64,000 bases of DNA. Source: Octopus vulgaris (taxonomy: Eukaryota). The position numbers were made by a program, and so were the translations under genes. How positions within the stretch are numbered: the stretch's first letter is position 1; each line of letters starts with the position of its first letter. The stretch is taken from NCBI GenBank assembly GCA_951406725.2, contig OX597816.1:74090001-74154000 (forward strand), in the 5' to 3' direction. Positions 27,538-39,414 of the stretch are shown here, in pieces. The notes under the pieces are model-generated. The model was given only the letters and a program-made list of their open reading frames with translations. It ran no database searches and was not told the DNA's origin.

Positions 27538-27724
27538 CTGAAGGAAAAAGAGGTTTAAAGGTACAGACTACAAATTGTTGGTATTTCTTTTTATTAAAGA
27601 CAGAATGTAACGTTATCAATGTCATTTTAATGTTTCCTTTTTCATACTTGTAATGGGTTAGACAAAATTCATTGAAGCAAATTTCTTTATGGCTGGATGC
27701 TTTTTCTGTCACTAACCTTCACCT

Positions 27725-27877
27725 TATTTACATTATTTACTTTTGATGGATATTTGTCCTCATCTCATTTGTTGTTAACACAACATTTCAGCTGATATAC
27801 CCTCCAGCCTTTATCAGGTGTCTTGGGGAAATTTCCAATCTGGGTTCTCATTCCTAAGGTATTTTTCGATATTATTA

Positions 27878-27908
<31 letters not shown>

Positions 27909-28205
27909 TATTATTATTATCATTATCATTATTATTATTATTATTGTTATTATTATTATTCAGGTCACTACCTAGAATCAAACTCCAAATCTTGGGGTTA
28001 GTAGACTGCACTCTTACACCATAATGATAATAAGATCAAAAAATACCTTAGAAATGAGAACCCAGGTCCGAAATTTCCCCAAGACACTTGATGAAGGCCG
28101 GAGGGTATATCAGCCAAAACGTTGTGTTAACAACAAAGATGAGGACAAATATCCGTCAAATGTAAATAATGTACATAATTCCTCATCTCTTAAATATAGA
28201 ACTGT
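27725..28205. mobile_element. Same fold-back element, copy D (ESRP intron E-F)
   Basis: Inverted arms with expanded (ATT/ATC)n; degenerate hammerhead motif 28083-28127. Confidence 0.85.
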
Positions 28206-28863
28206 ATATCCTTCACGTGTCTTTAAGTTAGATAATACGTGACAGTTTATTACTGGTTTCACAGACGTTGGCAAATATTTTGTTTGCTAAATCACATAAA
28301 CAAGAGTTATCACTCCTGTTTAGATCCGTTGATCTGGGGGTAGCTTTGACTGTTGAGACACTAACACATTGGATCACAAAGGAGTCTCAAAGATGGCTTA
28401 CCTCAATGAATCAAGTGTGTTGTGAACACACATTGTCTGAAAGGAGAAGTTGTTCTCTCAAGTCATAATACTACAGTGATTAACATATTTACATTCTTAA
28501 TATGCTGAAATGTATTAAGAATGAAAATGACTGTCGTTGTTGCACTTAAATAAATTATGGTAAAAAGATTTACTTCAGATATAGTTACAAAAGTAGAACC
28601 AGGTTGAAGTAGGATGAAATTAAAAAGTTAATCACCGTTTTGCTTCACTGAACCACTACAAAGACAAGACAGAAATGAGGAGAAAATATATTAAGGAAAG
28701 TAGGCATGGCTCTGTGGTAAGTAGCTTACTTCTCAACCACATGGCTCCAGGCTCATTCCCACTGCATGGCACCTTTGGCAAGTGTCTTCTACTATAACCT
28801 TAGGCCAACCAAAAGTTTTGGGGCTGGATTTAGTAGACGGAAACGAAAGGAACCCATTGTGTA

Positions 28864-28931
<68 letters not shown>

Positions 28932-28934
<3 letters not shown>

Positions 28935-30522
28935 TTGCAGTCAAAATGTTCAGAACGGCATTGTTTTCGTTAGAAAAGTAGGTATAATTTTTTATCAAAG
29001 TTGTTTTCTATTCTATAATTTTCACAGACAATAAATACGATATTAATTGTTATTGTCTGAGATTTTGGTGTAATTTGAGAGGATAAAGTTATGGATGATT
29101 TAGGGATTTACTGCAAAACCCATGCCGGCCAAAATGATCAGAATGGTTGAAAAAATAACAAAATAATCAAAAATGACAGCGAATACTGGAATTATTTAAT
29201 ATTTAGTGTGAAGCTCTTTAGCTTCAATCACACTTTGACATCTTCAACTGCATGAGGAAATTAAATTTTCAATTTCTTGCTGGGTGAACTTATTTCATTC
29301 TTCCTGAAGGGCATTCCATAATTGCTCAGTTGTTTTAGGATTTTTGGCTTTCGAACGTTCTCCTAGAATATTCCACACATTTTCAATAGGATTGAGATCT
29401 GGGCTTTGAGCAGGCCAATCCATAACAATAACCTTTTCAGCCTTGAGAAAGTTCATAACCACCTTAGTCTTGTGACATGGAGCATTGCCCTGCATGAATA
29501 TGGGTGATTGCTTAGTTGAATTTCTCAGCACAGACAAGGCATGATCTTTTACAAGTTGTTTATAAACTCCTGCATTTACCTTTCCATGTAATCGCACCAA
29601 AGGGCCCACACCATCTCCAGATATCATCCTCCAAACCTGACACTTCCTCCGCCGAATTTAACACTAGTCTTAAGGCATTTAGGCGACAATTTTTCACCTA
29701 CTTTTCGATGAACGTACCTTTTCCCATCTGAGCCAAATAACATAAACTTAGATTCATCACTGAAATGCACCGTTTGCCATTTTTCTTGAGACCACAACAC
29801 ATGTTCGGTTGCAAAGATAAGACGACACTTTTTATTCTTGGAGCTGATCATTGGCTTCACTGCAGGTGCTCTTGCTTGTAGGTCATGTTCAACTAAACGA
29901 TGAGACACAGTTTTTCGAGATAAAGTTTTCTTCAGTACAATGCTCATTTCCCGAGAAACAGCAGCAGCAGTTTTAAATCTGTCCATTTTAACCAACTTTA
30001 CCATAGCACGATCTCTCTTGGTCGTTTTTCTTGGCCTACCTGTAGACTTTCTTGCTTCACACGAACTACAATCATCGTAGACCTTAAGAATACCGTGAAC
30101 AACACTTTTTGACTTGTTAACAATCTTTGCAATAGACCCAATACTTAACTTATCCTTTTTTTGAAGCTTAATAATCTGCTGACGAATTGGTAACGGAGTA
30201 AGTGGCATTATATTAACAAAGTACACTGCAGATATTCTTACTAATGATTAGTAAACGAACCGTCACGTAAACAAATTCAAAACATTAGGGTTCGCCGGTT
30301 AAATATACTAAAACACGGAGTAAAAGCAACTGTTCTGATCATTTTGGCCACCATGGATTTTGCAGTAAATCACTAAATCATCCATAACTTTTGTATTATC
30401 CTCTCAAATTACACCAAAATCTCAGAAATCTGTGAAAATTATAGAATATAAAACAACTTTGATAAAAAATTATACCTACTTTTCTGACGAAAACAATGCC
30501 ATTCTGAACATTTTGGCCGCAA

Positions 30523-30525
<3 letters not shown>
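28932..30525 (-). mobile_element. Tc1/mariner (Tc1-like, IR/DR type) DNA transposon, non-functional copy
   Basis: ~200-bp TIRs starting CAGTTGC.GTCAAAATGTTCAGAA at both ends, flanked by TA within a (TA)n tract; inner repeat GCCAAAATGATCAGAA; transposase remains inside. Confidence 0.95.
29196..30208 (-). pseudogene. Tc1 transposase pseudogene
   Basis: GRPRKTT, W..V.FSDESKF, VKFGGGSV, WPAQSPDLNPIENVW and terminal HTKY*; frameshift near 29630, catalytic QDNA changed to QGNA, premature stop at 29295. Confidence 0.92.
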
Positions 30526-30566
<41 letters not shown>

Positions 30567-31257
30567 ACCCCGGACTTATTTTTTGTAAGCCTAGTACTTA
30601 TTCTATTGGTCTCTTTTGCCGAACCGCTAATTTATGACAGCATAAACACACCAACATCGGTTGTCAAGCGATGGTGGGCAGACAAACATACACACACACA
30701 CACACACAAATACGACAGGCTTCTTTCAGTTCCCATCTACCAAATCCACTCACAAGGCTTTGGTTGACCTGAGGGTATAGAAGACACTTGCCCAACATGC
30801 TATGCAGTGGAACTGAACACGGAACCATGTGGTTGGGAAGCAAGCTACTTACCACACAGCCATTCCTGTACCCATATATCTATGAGTGAGTGTATTTGTG
30901 TCTGTGTTTATTTCCCATTATCACTTGACAAGAGGTGTTGGTTTGTTAACATCCCTGTAACTTAGTGGTTCGGTAAAAGAGTGATAGAATAAGTACCAAT
31001 CTTTAAAAAGAAATAAGAACTGGAGTCATTTCATTTGACTAAAATTCTTCAAAGCGGTGCCCCAGCATGGCCTCAGTCTAATGACTGAAACTAGTAAACA
31101 ACAGAAGATAATGAAAGGAAACAGGAAGAGCAGAAATAAGAGGCAAGTAGAGAGAAGGGGACGGACAGAGATGACCAACATAGAAGAGAGGTTAAGGGGA
31201 AAAGAAGAGATAAAGAGAGAAGAGAGTGAAAATAAGGGGTGAAGCAGACCTACTCAC

Positions 31258-31506
31258 ATTAGCACCATAAACCATATGAACTCCTTGATAAACAATAAAT
31301 TGGGAATATTCTCCAAGGTAAGTCAAGATATCAGTGACATGGGCCCCAGTGGGAAGGTTTCGTAACCGTATACAATCGCGCTTGCGAGATGCAGAAATCA
31401 TGTTGTGTGGTACCAAAGGCCCAGATGTTGGATGTGTAGCTATCAGTGGTGGAAGAGCAGTTTCCTGTTGTTCAGGGTTCCTTGGGTCCATGCTACGGTT
31501 TAGCAC
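31258..31506 (-). CDS. ESRP: ESRP exon E (linker and first half of qRRM3)
   Basis: ttgtag|GTGCTA...GCTAAT|gtgag; 249 nt; VLNRSMD...RDCIRLRNLPTGAHVTDILTYLGEYSQFIVYQGVHMVYGAN. Confidence 0.95.
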
Positions 31507-33677
31507 CTACAACAAACAAAACAACATTGTATAGAGATTTATCTTGGTTAAACTTAGCCAGGTGCCTTGTAGTATTTGGAGGAAATTCCTTCTTCTATTG
31601 GTAAACATTTTATATAAGTAATTGTTACATTATGAACTCTCTAACATTCAGTGCAACTGTTTCACTTTTTTTCTGTATCCTATTGGTTCTTTTAAAGGTC
31701 AAGTTAGCACCACATTCTTTTGAAGATCTTAGTAATTAACTTAGAGTCACAATGTGTCTAATGTCTCGGTGAGTAACAACAGGCTAGATATAATAGAAAT
31801 AGTATTGGTTTCAAAATTTGGCTCAAGGCCAGCAATTTTAAGGGAGAGTGCTAGTTGATTACATTGACCCCAGAGCATAACTGGTACTATTTTATCGCCC
31901 CCCCCCCCTCCAAATGATGAAAGGCAAAATCAACCTCAGCAGAATTTGAACTCAGAACATAAAGATGGACAAAATGCCACTTAGAATTTTGCCTGGCATG
32001 CTAACAATTCTTTTCTACATTAGGCACAAGGCCTGAAATTTTTTTTTTGGGGGGGGGCAGTCGATTTGGTCGACAGCAGTACGCAACTGGTACTTAATTT
32101 ATTAACCCCGAAAAGATGAAAGGCAAAGTCAACCTTGGCAGAATTTGAACTCAGAATGTAAAACACAGACAAAATACACTTGGCGTGCTAACATTTCTGA
32201 CAGCTTACTGACCTAAATAGAAATAATATTAATCTCTGTTATGGTAATTACTTTGCTTTCTTCCAAACAGTCAACATTAAACAGATATATGTATGTGGTT
32301 GTGTGTATTTAGAACCAGCAGTCTCTGTCAACAAATATGATCTAGTAATTTACACTATGCTTTCACTCATTGTTTTAGGTGCCTGTATAGTCACAAGCAG
32401 TCATAAGATACCTTGTTGACTCAGTCACCCTTTAACCCAGCAGCATGTCCAGGAAGAGAGAGGGAGAGAGAGAGAGAGATGCATTTCTTGTTGGACAGAC
32501 TGGAGCAATATAAAATGAATTGAATCTTTGCTCAAGAGTACAATGCACTGAAGCCTGGTCCTAGAATTGAAGACTTGATATAATTATGAGCTGAATAACC
32601 TAACTCCTAGGCCTTGTATCTTCACCCACACCCACACAGACAAGCAGATCTGTAGATGCATGTGTAATATTCCAAGACATTTTGGACATCAAAATACAAA
32701 AACATGAAGTCTCCACTTTCTTAATTAACCTTAGATATAGTACCTGAAACTTTGGTATGAAATTTTCAGTTTTCATTACCAAATATGGTAATTTAAAATG
32801 AAGTCATCATCGTCATCATTATCATTATTGTCATATAACATCTGCTCTCCATGCTGGCATGGGTTGGATGGTTTGACCAGGACTGGCAAACCAGGAGGCT
32901 GCATCAGGCTCCAGTCTGATTTGGCATGGTTTCTACAGCTTGATGCCCTTCCTAACACCAACCACTCTGAGAGTATAGTGGGTGCTTTTACGTACCACCG
33001 GCATGGGAGTCAGTCAGACGGCACTGGCATCAACCATGCTTGAATGGTGCTATTTATGTGCCACTGACAAGGGGGCCAGTCAGGTGGCACTGGCATCTGC
33101 AATGACTGCGATTTCACTCAGTTCAACAGGTCTTCACAAGCATAGCATATTGCCCAGCCACTGAAGGGTGCTTTTGAATGGGCCAGTTGTGTGACACTGG
33201 CATCAGCCACGACTACAATCTCACTTGGCTTGCTGGGTCTTCTCAAGCAAGGCATATCTCCAAAGGTCTTGGTTGCCTGTCATTGCCTCTCTGAGGCCCA
33301 ACTTTCGAAGGTCAGCTTCAAAGTAAATAATAATAATTTTACTAAACATACCAGTTCTTCTACTTTTTTCTAATCACGTATTTTGATCAGTAATAGCTAC
33401 ATTAAACCAGTTTTCAGGAAATTTTTCTCATAATTTCTACGGGAGTTGACTCTTTTATGACCAGCTTTTTTTCACAGAACTTTCAAAATAAATAGAAATC
33501 TTTTCATTGAAATCTATCCTACAATATATATTTTTGTTCTCATTATCATGTTTTATCAGGTTTTATTGTGATAGTTGATGTAAATATTTTCTTTGTAACA
33601 ACAACCCAACCTATTTTGTAAGTCAATAGTCGTGGAAGGGTTATTCAGTGGTTGAACTGGGACAGCAACTCGCTTAC

Positions 33678-33893
33678 CTGCTGTACTTCGGCCATTGTGC
33701 TTTTGAACAGCTCGATGTAGCGTGTTCCCATCGTGTCTCGGTGTTTCTTAAGTGCCTTGGAAGCTTCTTCTTCTGAACTGAATAAAACAAAGGCATCTCC
33801 AGTCGATCGACCATCTGGATAATAAACAAACAGAATGCCTTCTTCTCCATCAAGGACATTGCAAGGATTAGGTTCTCGGGTAAAAAATTCCAG
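33678..33893 (-). CDS. ESRP: ESRP exon D (qRRM2)
   Basis: cttgtag|CTGGAA...CAGCAG|gtaag; 216 nt; [72 protein letters not shown]; preceded by a ~20.2 kb intron. Confidence 0.96.
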
Positions 33894-35029
33894 CTACAAG
33901 AAAAGAAGAAACAAAGGAGATTCAGAATATATTATAAAAAGGAAAATTAAAGGGTGTGGGGTAAAGAACAAAAGGAAGCCAGTCTGATTGTATGAGTTAA
34001 TGCTACAAGAAGCCCGCTTTCACCTGAAATTGTTAACACACTAGCACAGATCCAGGTTATTTAGAAAGTATATCTGCAACCATGTCAGCTTGTAAATGAA
34101 GAGTATATATTTAGAGGGGGCCGTTATTATTGTTGAACAAAACAAAACACCCTTGTAGTTTATTTCCAAGAAAGACAAGCATTAATCGATAAAAAACTAA
34201 AAGGATTATCAGAAACAGAAGAGAATATACCATTTTATTACATAGGACAATCGTATGTCTCAGAGAGGAGGCTTATAATGTTGAGGTCATTAAAGATAAG
34301 TTGTATAACAAGTTAATTCACTGAAGCTTCTGGAATTTTATGAGATGAAGAAATATAAACACTCTTTTCATGGTCCTTTTTCAGAAACAAAAAAAAGGAT
34401 GAATTTCCTCTCATTCTACTATTACAGACTTTATTCTAGATATTCCATCTCTATTATAAATATTTTTACATTCCTTGCCCTTTGGTGCGTTTCTATTTCT
34501 ACACTCCTGTTAATGTACATTGCCTGCCTGCCTGCATTCATAAATACATACATACATAACCAGATTGAAGACCAAAATATTAAAAAAACAACCAAAGTAT
34601 TAAAAACAAAAGTAAAAAAGGTTCCAGACCATTTTGCAGCAATGGAAGGAAACGGAATTTAACTGACCCCTGCAGAAATCTGAATAATGAGACCAGCGTC
34701 AAATTTTCCTACTCTCTACATAGTTTCAATTCTTTAGTTTATTTTAGACTTCCCAGTCAAGACCATGCTGGAACATCCCTCATTATTGTCTTACAAAATT
34801 ATCACTTACACCTGATGAATTTTAATGAACTCCTGTGGCTAACAAACCCTTCATGATCAATAATTATGTAATTAATTATTTCTTACATATATTTTCTTAA
34901 ATTTTGATGAAAAAGAATAGAGCTGAGACTAGTAAATTCCTGTTTGTAAATTATTGAACTATTCTCAGTAAAAAAAAAAAAAGAGCAAGAAATGGTTTTA
35001 TTCTGAATTTGCTGTTTGAAAAGTATCCG

Positions 35030-35960
35030 CTAAGTGACATAATTGATGTTTTGGTCGTATTACGATTTAATTAACTCGCTCTTTGACATAACTAATCCTC
35101 TGGTCACATTATGACATAATTAGTTCATTAGTTACTCACTTAATATAATTGACCCTTTGGTTACACAGTGATATTAATTTACCCATTGATCAGCCTACAG
35201 CTTAATTAATTTATTCCCTGTTTACAATGGTTATTCTTTGACATAACTCACTGATCACTCTAAGATGTAATTAAAACATTAAACACTCTAGATATGTTTA
35301 ACCCATTAGTCACTCTTTGTCATAATTAACTCATTGGTTATTCTCAGACATAAATAACCCACTGGTAACTCTACAACATAACTACCCCATTGGTAATGGT
35401 GCAATTATACACAATGACCACTCCTTGGTCATTCTATGCTGTAGTTAACCGATTGATCACACTATTATATTTATCCTATTTCGGAGCTATAAGTTATCAT
35501 TATTTATTTACTCTTACATTGTTATTTGTAGTAATAAACTGGTGAATTTCCAGGCAGTATTATATTTTTAACACTGTGGACACTACCAGATTGAATGGTA
35601 CTGCCCAAGTATCAAAACCATAATGACATCTGTTTGGACAGCTGATGATGGGAATGCACATATGCAAGATTCTGAATTCATTATATCTTAGTCTTGTTAT
35701 TCTGGGTTATTCTTCATTTTTGTAACCTAATTAAGCTTGGACAGTGCTTAGATTCTGGTGCCTAGTTTTGAGAAGTTCTGTGGTATACAGTTAGCTCAGT
35801 GGTCACTCTATAATTAGCCCACTAACCTAATTATCCACTGGTCACTATGGTGCAATTAACTCTCAATCATGCTATAGAATAGTTAACCCATTTGTTACTA
35901 CTCTTTGACATAATTAACCTCAGGACACACTGATATAATTAACGCCCTACTTACATTATG
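35030..35960. repeat. Degenerate ~28-29 bp tandem repeat
   Basis: Recurrent GACATAATTAACCCATTGGTCACTCTAT-like units in two blocks (35030-35470, 35790-35960). Confidence 0.75.
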
Positions 35961-36924
35961 ATTTGCTTAATTGTTGAGTGATAGAAAAATGGAAACAGTA
36001 AAAATATCAATTTTGACCAAACAGGCCAATATAAGTTCCTGTGAGTTATCAAAAGCTGATAGATCACAGTTCCAGCAGATATTGCCAATAAGGCTCAGTG
36101 TGTCAGAAGCTAAATACACTTCACTCGATATTGAATAAAGCATCAAGGAAACTTCACTATTCAATCTATCTGCAGTGATTTTAATATACTACCAAAGTCT
36201 CAAACAAAGAAAAACGAAAGAATATTATAAAGAAAATAGTCCTCTGCTTAAAGAAATAGATATTTGCTGTATAAAAACATTTACCACTACAAAAATAGCT
36301 GGTATCTATCTAAATTAGAAAAAAAAAAGGTATTTATATAAGAAAAAGACAGGTATCTACATAACAAAAACAAGCACCTATGTATCAAAAGATGGCTGTA
36401 TTCCATATACAGAAGAGGTATCTATGTAAGGAAGAGATGTCTATATAAAAAGCAGAGTGTTTTCGTTCTCAAATGGGCAGAACAAGCAAAAATTTGGTTA
36501 ATAGATAAACCCACAACCTTTTAAATGAATTAGCAAAGAAGCAAAGGAATTCACTTGAAGATTAAAAGAACCCATTTTTAGTATCAGATCCTTAGCCTGG
36601 ATGTGTGCTAGTATAAAATCCAACTAAATATTGGTAAAAAAAGTCAAAAAATAAGTAAATAAAAGACATGAAGTATTAAACACCATAGTCCCAAAACTAC
36701 CACCGCCCGCACACCAATGAAACCGCGCCTCACTAATGTAGTAGAACTGGAGAAACTGGCATCAAACGGAACCTTGCAAATGGCCAAACACAGTGTGACA
36801 ATGTTAGCACAAACATTGATTATAAAAAGTTGACCATTTGTTGTGCCGGCACCGATACTGCCATAGGTAAAAAATCCGATCCACAGCCAGTTATACCTGA
36901 TAATTCCTGACCCTATCCACTTAC

Positions 36925-36975
36925 CTGGGTGCAGTTTTAGCTTTACAATAGCTTAAGCTCAATTTAGTCAGGGCG
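36925..36975 (-). other. Candidate 51-nt poison (PTC) cassette exon in ESRP intron C-D
   Basis: ctaac branch-like motif, tattttatgttcctttcag|CGCCCTGACTAA...CACCCAG|gtaagt; TAA is codon 4 in the phase-0 frame. Confidence 0.6.
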
Positions 36976-37949
36976 CTGAAAGGAACATAAAATAGTTAGA
37001 TAATTAAGTGGTCGCCATTTTCAGTATTGTTGTCAATGGCATTAAACCAAAAGACAACTTTTGACATTACAAGATGCTTCCTACAAGTGAAGAAATCCAT
37101 AACAATTCACTATTTTTCATAGTATATTCCATCTTTAGATGTTTTAGATTCCAATTCATTTATGTTCATTGAATTCTTCCACAGGTAGAGGAATCTGTTT
37201 CTTGGAGGTCAAAGTTTCAATGAAAATTCTTCAAGATTCAAAAGTGTCTTTTGTCTGATGAATCTATTGTTTTTCATTTTTTTTTTTTTTTTTTTGGTAT
37301 TTTCACTGTAAAATGCCGAACCAAATTCTAGACTTATCATGGGTTCATTTTTCTTTTTTCTTTCTTTCTCTTTCTTTTAATTTTTTTTATAATCTTTGTT
37401 GAATAAAATTTGATTGGACTAAAACAAATACTAATTCTCGTTAAAAAAAAATTAAGTATGCCAAGCTTTGGCAATTCTTTAGATGATAAAACAAATAAAA
37501 AAAGAATTGGTAAATGTGAAAAATACAAAAAAGAAAAAGACAGATGTAAGTACCAGTACAGAAATGTTATAGTTTTTTTTTATATGATATTCTGAAAATA
37601 ACCAAAGAATTAAATCTCCAAGACAATGAAAAACAGTGAATAGTCAAATCAAAACTAATCAAAGAGTGGTATAAAGAAGTTCTATTTTGGGATTGAAAGT
37701 TAAATTCTTTATTTTATGCATTTTATATTGCAAATGCTGAATAAGACCATTGTTGTTCATAGATTTCCAAAGACGAAAATTTCCTTGGAAATCTAATTCC
37801 AGAGAGACAAACATCACTGGTCCATTAAGTAGAGTTACAAGACAAGGTATGTGGAACACAATGAGGTAAAATAAGTACAATGGGATATAAAGTACCTGGA
37901 TTTTCATTTGGAAGTACCTGTTGATCAATTTACTGCTCTCTCACATTAT

Positions 37950-39154
37950 ATCATCATCATCATCATCATCGTTTAGCGTCCGTTTTCCATGCTAGCATGG
38001 GTTGGACGGTTCTACTGGGGTCTGTGAAGCCAGAAGGCTTCATCAGGCCCAGTCAAATCTGGCAGTGTTTCTACGGCTGGATGCCCTTCCTAACGCCAAC
38101 CACTCCGTGAGTGTAGTGGGTGCTTTTTACGTGCCACCCGCACTGGTGCCAGACAGAGCTGGCAAACGGCCACGAACGGATGGTGCTTTTTATGTGCCAC
38201 CGGCACGAGGGCCAGGCGAGGCTGGCAACGGACACGAAACGGGGCGGTGCTGGCAACGGTCGCGAAACGGAAAGTTCTCTTACATGCCACCGGCACTGGT
38301 AACACATCTGCAATTTCCATTGATCGATTTCCATTGATCGATTTCGATTCTGATCGTCACTTGCCTCAACGGGTCTTCACAAGCAGAGTTTTGACATGCC
38401 ACCGGCACTGGTAGCACATCCGCAATTTCCATTGATCGATTTCGATTCTGATCCTCACTTGCCTCATCACGTCTTCACAAGTAGAGTTTTGTGTCCCAAG
38501 AAGGGAAGGTATGCATACGTAGGCTGGCTCCATCCCATGTAGAAGGCCACGGGTTATGGACTCACTTGTCCTGCCGGGTCTTCTCGCGCACAGCACACTT
38601 CCAGAGGTCTCGGTCTCTAGTCATTTCCTCAGTGAGACCTAAAGTTCGAAGGTCGTGCTTCACCACCTCGTCCCAGGTTTTCCTGGGTCTGCCTCTTCCA
38701 CAGGTTCCCTCAACCGCTAGGGTGTGGCACTTTTTCACACAACTATCTTCATCCATTCTCGCCACATGACCATACCAGCGCAAACGTCTCTCTTGCACAC
38801 CACAACTGATGCTTCTTAGGTTCAGCTTTTCTCTCAAGGTACTTACACTCTGCCGAGTGTGAGTACCGGCATTACACATCCATCGGAGCATACTGGCTTC
38901 ATTTCTTGCGAGCTTACGCATATCCTCAGCAGTCACGGCCCATGTTTCACTGCCATGTAGCATGGCTGTTCGTACACACGCATCATACAGTCTGCCTTTC
39001 ACTCTGTGCGAGAGGCCTTTTGTCACCAGCAGAGGTAAGAGCTCTCTGAACTTTGCCCAAGCTATTCTTACTCTAGCAGTTACACTTTCAGCACACCCGC
39101 CCCCGCTGCTGACTTGGTCACCTAGGTAACGGAAACTATCAACTATTTCTAGTT

Positions 39155-39158
<4 letters not shown>
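37950..39158 (-). mobile_element. 5'-truncated RTE-clade LINE (ORF C-terminus, 3'UTR and (GAT)n tail)
   Basis: Open frame 39158-38562 EKLEIVDSFRYLGD...YDACVRTAMLHGSETW...RRLRWYGHVARM...GRGRPRKTW..RDRDLWK is typical of the RTE post-RT region; 3'UTR ends in a tgatga repeat. Confidence 0.92.
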
Positions 39159-39210
<52 letters not shown>

Positions 39211-39376
39211 ATATATATGTATATGTATGTATATATATGCAAATAAGTAACAAGGATGTCCAGGTCTGGACATTCTTGTTACTTATTTGCTTTTTATTCA
39301 CCTAACTTTGAGCTGTGTGGACAATACCAGACTGACATGGTGCCTCCACTTAAGTACCTAATTCAACTGAATCTTA

Positions 39377-39414
<38 letters not shown>

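Noticed and set aside
35030-35960. Regularly spaced repeats resembling a CRISPR array
   Set aside because: Head-to-tail degenerate units with no unique spacers, no cas genes, eukaryotic intron.
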